Source: Octopus bimaculoides (lineage: Eukaryota). Taken from it: a stretch of DNA of 64,000 bases. A program made the position numbers and the translations under genes. Below are positions 51,601 through 64,000 of the stretch, one piece after another (the first letter of the stretch is position 1; each line of letters opens with the position of its first letter). Under the pieces are notes generated by a model. The model made no database searches and had not been told where the DNA came from. It saw only the letters and a list, made by a program, of their open reading frames with translations. Location of the stretch: the NCBI RefSeq assembly GCF_001194135.2, contig NC_069000.1, positions 872,094 through 936,093 on the forward strand, given 5' to 3'.

Positions 51601-54126
51601 AGCAGCTCTGGTGGCAGACTCTTCAGACACCAACAAGATATCTAAATCATTCTAATTAGCAGGCTGGTAACGAAGTGTTGCAAGTGACAAAACATTATGA
51701 ATGCCTATAATAATGGATTGGTTTAGATGTAAAGATTGGATTCTTCCCATGCCAGCATGGAAGAAAAGAACTGAAGAATTAATGACAATCATGACTTTGG
51801 TTCTTTTTTTTTTTTTTTTTTTTTNNNNNNNNNNNNNNNNNNNNNNNNNNNNNNNNNNNNNNNNNNNNNNNNNNNNNNNNNNNNNNNNNNNNNNNNNNNN
51901 NNNNNNNNNNNNNNNNNNNNNNNNNNNNNNNNNNNNNNNNNNNNNNNNNNNNNNNNNNNNNNNNNNNNNNNNNNNNNNNNNNNNNNNNNNNNNNNNNNNN
52001 NNNNNNNNNNNNNNNNNNNNNNNNNNNNNNNNNNNNNNNNNNNNNNNNNNNNNNNNNNNNNNNNNNNNNNNNNNNNNNNNNNNNNNNNNNNNNNNNNNNN
52101 NNNNNNNNNNNNNNNNNNNNNNNNNNNNNNNNNNNNNNNNNNNNNNNNNNNNNNNNNNNNNNNNNNNNNNNNNNNNNNNNNNGTTAAATATTGGAGGGTA
52201 AAACATTTGCCAAATTAAAATGCCCAGGTAACATCTTAAGACACCTGAAAAATAGAAGATTTACAACTGAGTTCTTATATAAAAGTAGAAATTTCAAATG
52301 GAACATAAGATTTAATTAATCATTCTAAAACTTTGTAATAACTATTGGTGGTAGTCATGGTGGGAGGGAGGTTATTGCTGAAGTGATAAGTTTGATTTTT
52401 TTTCATCAGATTTACTAACCTCATTGTTTGTGCTCTCTACACTACAAGTCTGTTTAGTCTTCAGTTTTGGGAGTGCAACATAAAGGGGGGGGGGGGTATT
52501 GAGATTCTGCATCATTGGAAATGAGGAATTTTTGAGTTTGAACAGAAAAAGATAATGTATGCAGAAAAGTGCACATGTAAGACAAAAAAGAAAAAAGAAG
52601 GTTAGGTCAGTATTGAGAGAATTGTGTCAATAAATAGTCCAAAATATATGATTATAGTTTGGAAGGAAAAAATTAAAGTGTTACCGCAGGAAAGATTAGG
52701 GAAGCGACAACATTAGTGAAGTGGAAACATCACACAAAGTAACTCTACATTGATTGTCAATATGGAAACCACACAACATTCTTGCAGACTTAAAACAGAA
52801 AAGGTAGAATTCATTCTGGTTACTAAGAGGAAAAACAAAATATTTAAGATGGAGAAAGATGCATGGAAGACAAAAAAAAAAGAAAAAGAAAAAAAACCTA
52901 TTTCTTGATAATTTTCTTCAAATATTGACAATCAAGTTTCCATATTTATTTCTAATTGAAACTAGGACCAGATTAAGTATAAATATATGAAGCCTAAAGG
53001 CAAGAATTTTGTGTATTGCTCATATCTTTCAAAGAAGACCCTTTAATTCGAGTTTATAAAAGAATCCCTAAACAGTTGCCTTGTTTGGTCTAAATTTAAA
53101 TTTAACTCTAGTTGAAACCAGAAACAGTTATGACAATGGACAGGTATCTAGAAGTAAGTTTAAAAAGAAAAATTCCAGCAGCAGAACATTGGTTCCAAGC
53201 TGCTGGCACCAACCAGAGCCTGGGTTTGATTGGAGAAACCCCAGAATTTGTTGAATTTCTATCTTTCTCTAAAATCTTGTAAAGAGTAAATTGTTAATGC
53301 TGATATGTTTTACATGATGGAAACAAACAAACATGGAGCAAATTAGGAAATTCAAGAAAACTGATGTAAAAAGTAAAAAAAAAAAATTAAAATAATCTTT
53401 TTAAAACATTAAAATAATTTTTTTAACACATTAAATTAGAAAAATATTAAATCCCAACATGGTACAAATTTGGCAAACTTTTTTTTGTTTAAAAGATATA
53501 AAAAAAATGTTTATCACTTAATATTGAAATCCTTTTTTTATATATATATAATTATGAAGTAGATTTGTTAGAATGAAACAGCAGCTTAAAACTCTACATA
53601 CACCTTACAAGATCTGAAGATGCAAGCATTGGCAACTGAAAACTTACTGCAATTTTCCAGGGGAAACAGGGCAGAATTTCCTTGAGATTAAAAAAATAAA
53701 ATAAATTTCTTCTCAAAATATAAAAAGAGGGGAAAAAAATGACTGCTCTGGGTTGAAAAAAAAAATACAAACTAAATGAAAATTTGAAGAAAAACCAATG
53801 GCAGGGAAATATGTTTGTTAGGATGTTAAGTTCAATAAGGATTGTAAACAATTTGTCAGGAATCATACACACTTTTCATATCTTTTGTAAATGTAGTTTG
53901 TCTAAGTAAAATTTGTTCAAAGGAATTTAAAAAGAAAAGCCATTATTTTAATGACTTTATTTAAGATTCCTTCCATTTTCTATAAACAGAAATTCTTGTT
54001 TTTTTTTTAAACAATAAAAAAAATTCTAAACAAAATGTAATTTGTTAAGTAGAAGCCAACAGTGGAGAAAAGGAGATTCATTTTCTTCTGAGTGTCTGTA
54101 ACCACACACACACACACACACTTTTG

Positions 54127-54165
<39 letters not shown>

Positions 54166-54473
54166 ATATATATACTTTTGCACACATACATCCACATATG
54201 TACAAAACCTCACACAAATATAATTCAGTCTTGGAAAGTAACAGAATTTTGTTTCTTCCAAACCAAGAAGGAGAGAGAGAGACATTGATAAAGAGAAGTT
54301 GATATTAAATAAGAGCTAAATCTAGATATCTTTAGATCTGTACACAGAAACCAATTTATACACAGCTTCCAGCACTAAGAAAGCATTAGATTGTCTCCCC
54401 TTCCTATAGTGTGACGGTATTTCGAAGGGAGAGGTCGTGTTGCCATTGATGAGAAGCACAGGCAGGGTGGCAG

Positions 54474-63248
<8,775 letters not shown>

Positions 63249-63662
63249 TGGGAAGGTGCCAGTTCAGCGACGCCGAAATTGAACAATAAATGGCAGCGGT
63301 AATGAAAGACGTCTACATGCAATTCTGGCATTCCACAAACGTATTGAAGAAAATAGTTCTTGGTCAAGCTGCATCAAATGGCACATGGAATCTAAAAGAG
63401 AAAAGAAAAAGAACAAAAAAAAACTATAGAAATCGTTTAAACAAAAGTGTGTGTGTGGTGAGACAGGTGCCAGAAATTAGTCTGGTTTTGGTCAAAACTA
63501 AATGGCTTTCTAGGACCAATTTACCAATTTCACAATAAAACTGGCAGACAACAACAATAGCAACACGAGAATCCAAACGAAAGAAGAAAAAGACACTTCT
63601 ACAAAGGAATGCCAATGTATATACATACACACACACACATATAAACATATATATACACACAC

Positions 63663-63713
<51 letters not shown>

Positions 63714-63739
63714 TATACACACACATATATGCACACATA

Positions 63740-64000
63740 CATATATATATACACAAATATATATACATATATATATATATACATACACAAATATATATAC
63801 ATATATATATATATACATACACAAATATATATACATATATATATATATACATACACAAATATATATACATATATATATACATACACAAACATATATACAT
63901 GTATATATACATACACAAACATATATACATGTATATATACATACACAAACATATATACATGTATATATACATACACAAACATATATACATGTATATATAC
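63740..64000. repeat. 30-bp tandem minisatellite (GTATATATACATACACAAACATATATACAT) grading from TA/CA microsatellite
   Basis: Exact 30-nt period in the last ~130 bp, with more degenerate copies to the left. Confidence 0.9.

Noticed and set aside
45100-54400. Search for an additional gene between CEP152 and CCDC102A
   Set aside because: Only AT-rich, SINE-containing sequence with short unrecognisable ORFs and two gaps; consistent with 3'UTR or intergenic DNA.
63740-64000. Regular 30-bp repeats that could suggest a CRISPR-like array
   Set aside because: Head-to-tail repeats without unique spacers, derived from TA/CA microsatellite in a eukaryotic intron or 5' region.

Overview
AT-rich, microsatellite- and SINE-dense eukaryotic genomic DNA with six N-gaps. 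The RTE-type LINE tails, tRNA-headed SINEs and gene content suggest an octopus genome (inference). Spliced gene models were rebuilt by hand from splice signals and phase compatibility. Left to right: PTPMT1 (exons 1-2 on minus, plus a catalytic exon-3-like segment on the opposite strand), CCDC153/DRC12 (minus, 6 coding exons, RFX X-box upstream), a decayed tRNA gene, KIAA1328/hinderin (minus, 9 exons, running into a gap), an intronless tandem-CARD-only ORF (plus), CEP152 (plus, 7 coding exons including a 2.5 kb exon) and CCDC102A-like (minus, 7 coding exons). Family calls come from recalled similarity to known proteins, not from a database search. The most notable observations are the stand-alone 2xCARD gene, the strand-split PTPMT1 exons, and a degenerate hammerhead-ribozyme motif in a tRNA-headed SINE. 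No prokaryote-type system such as CRISPR is present.
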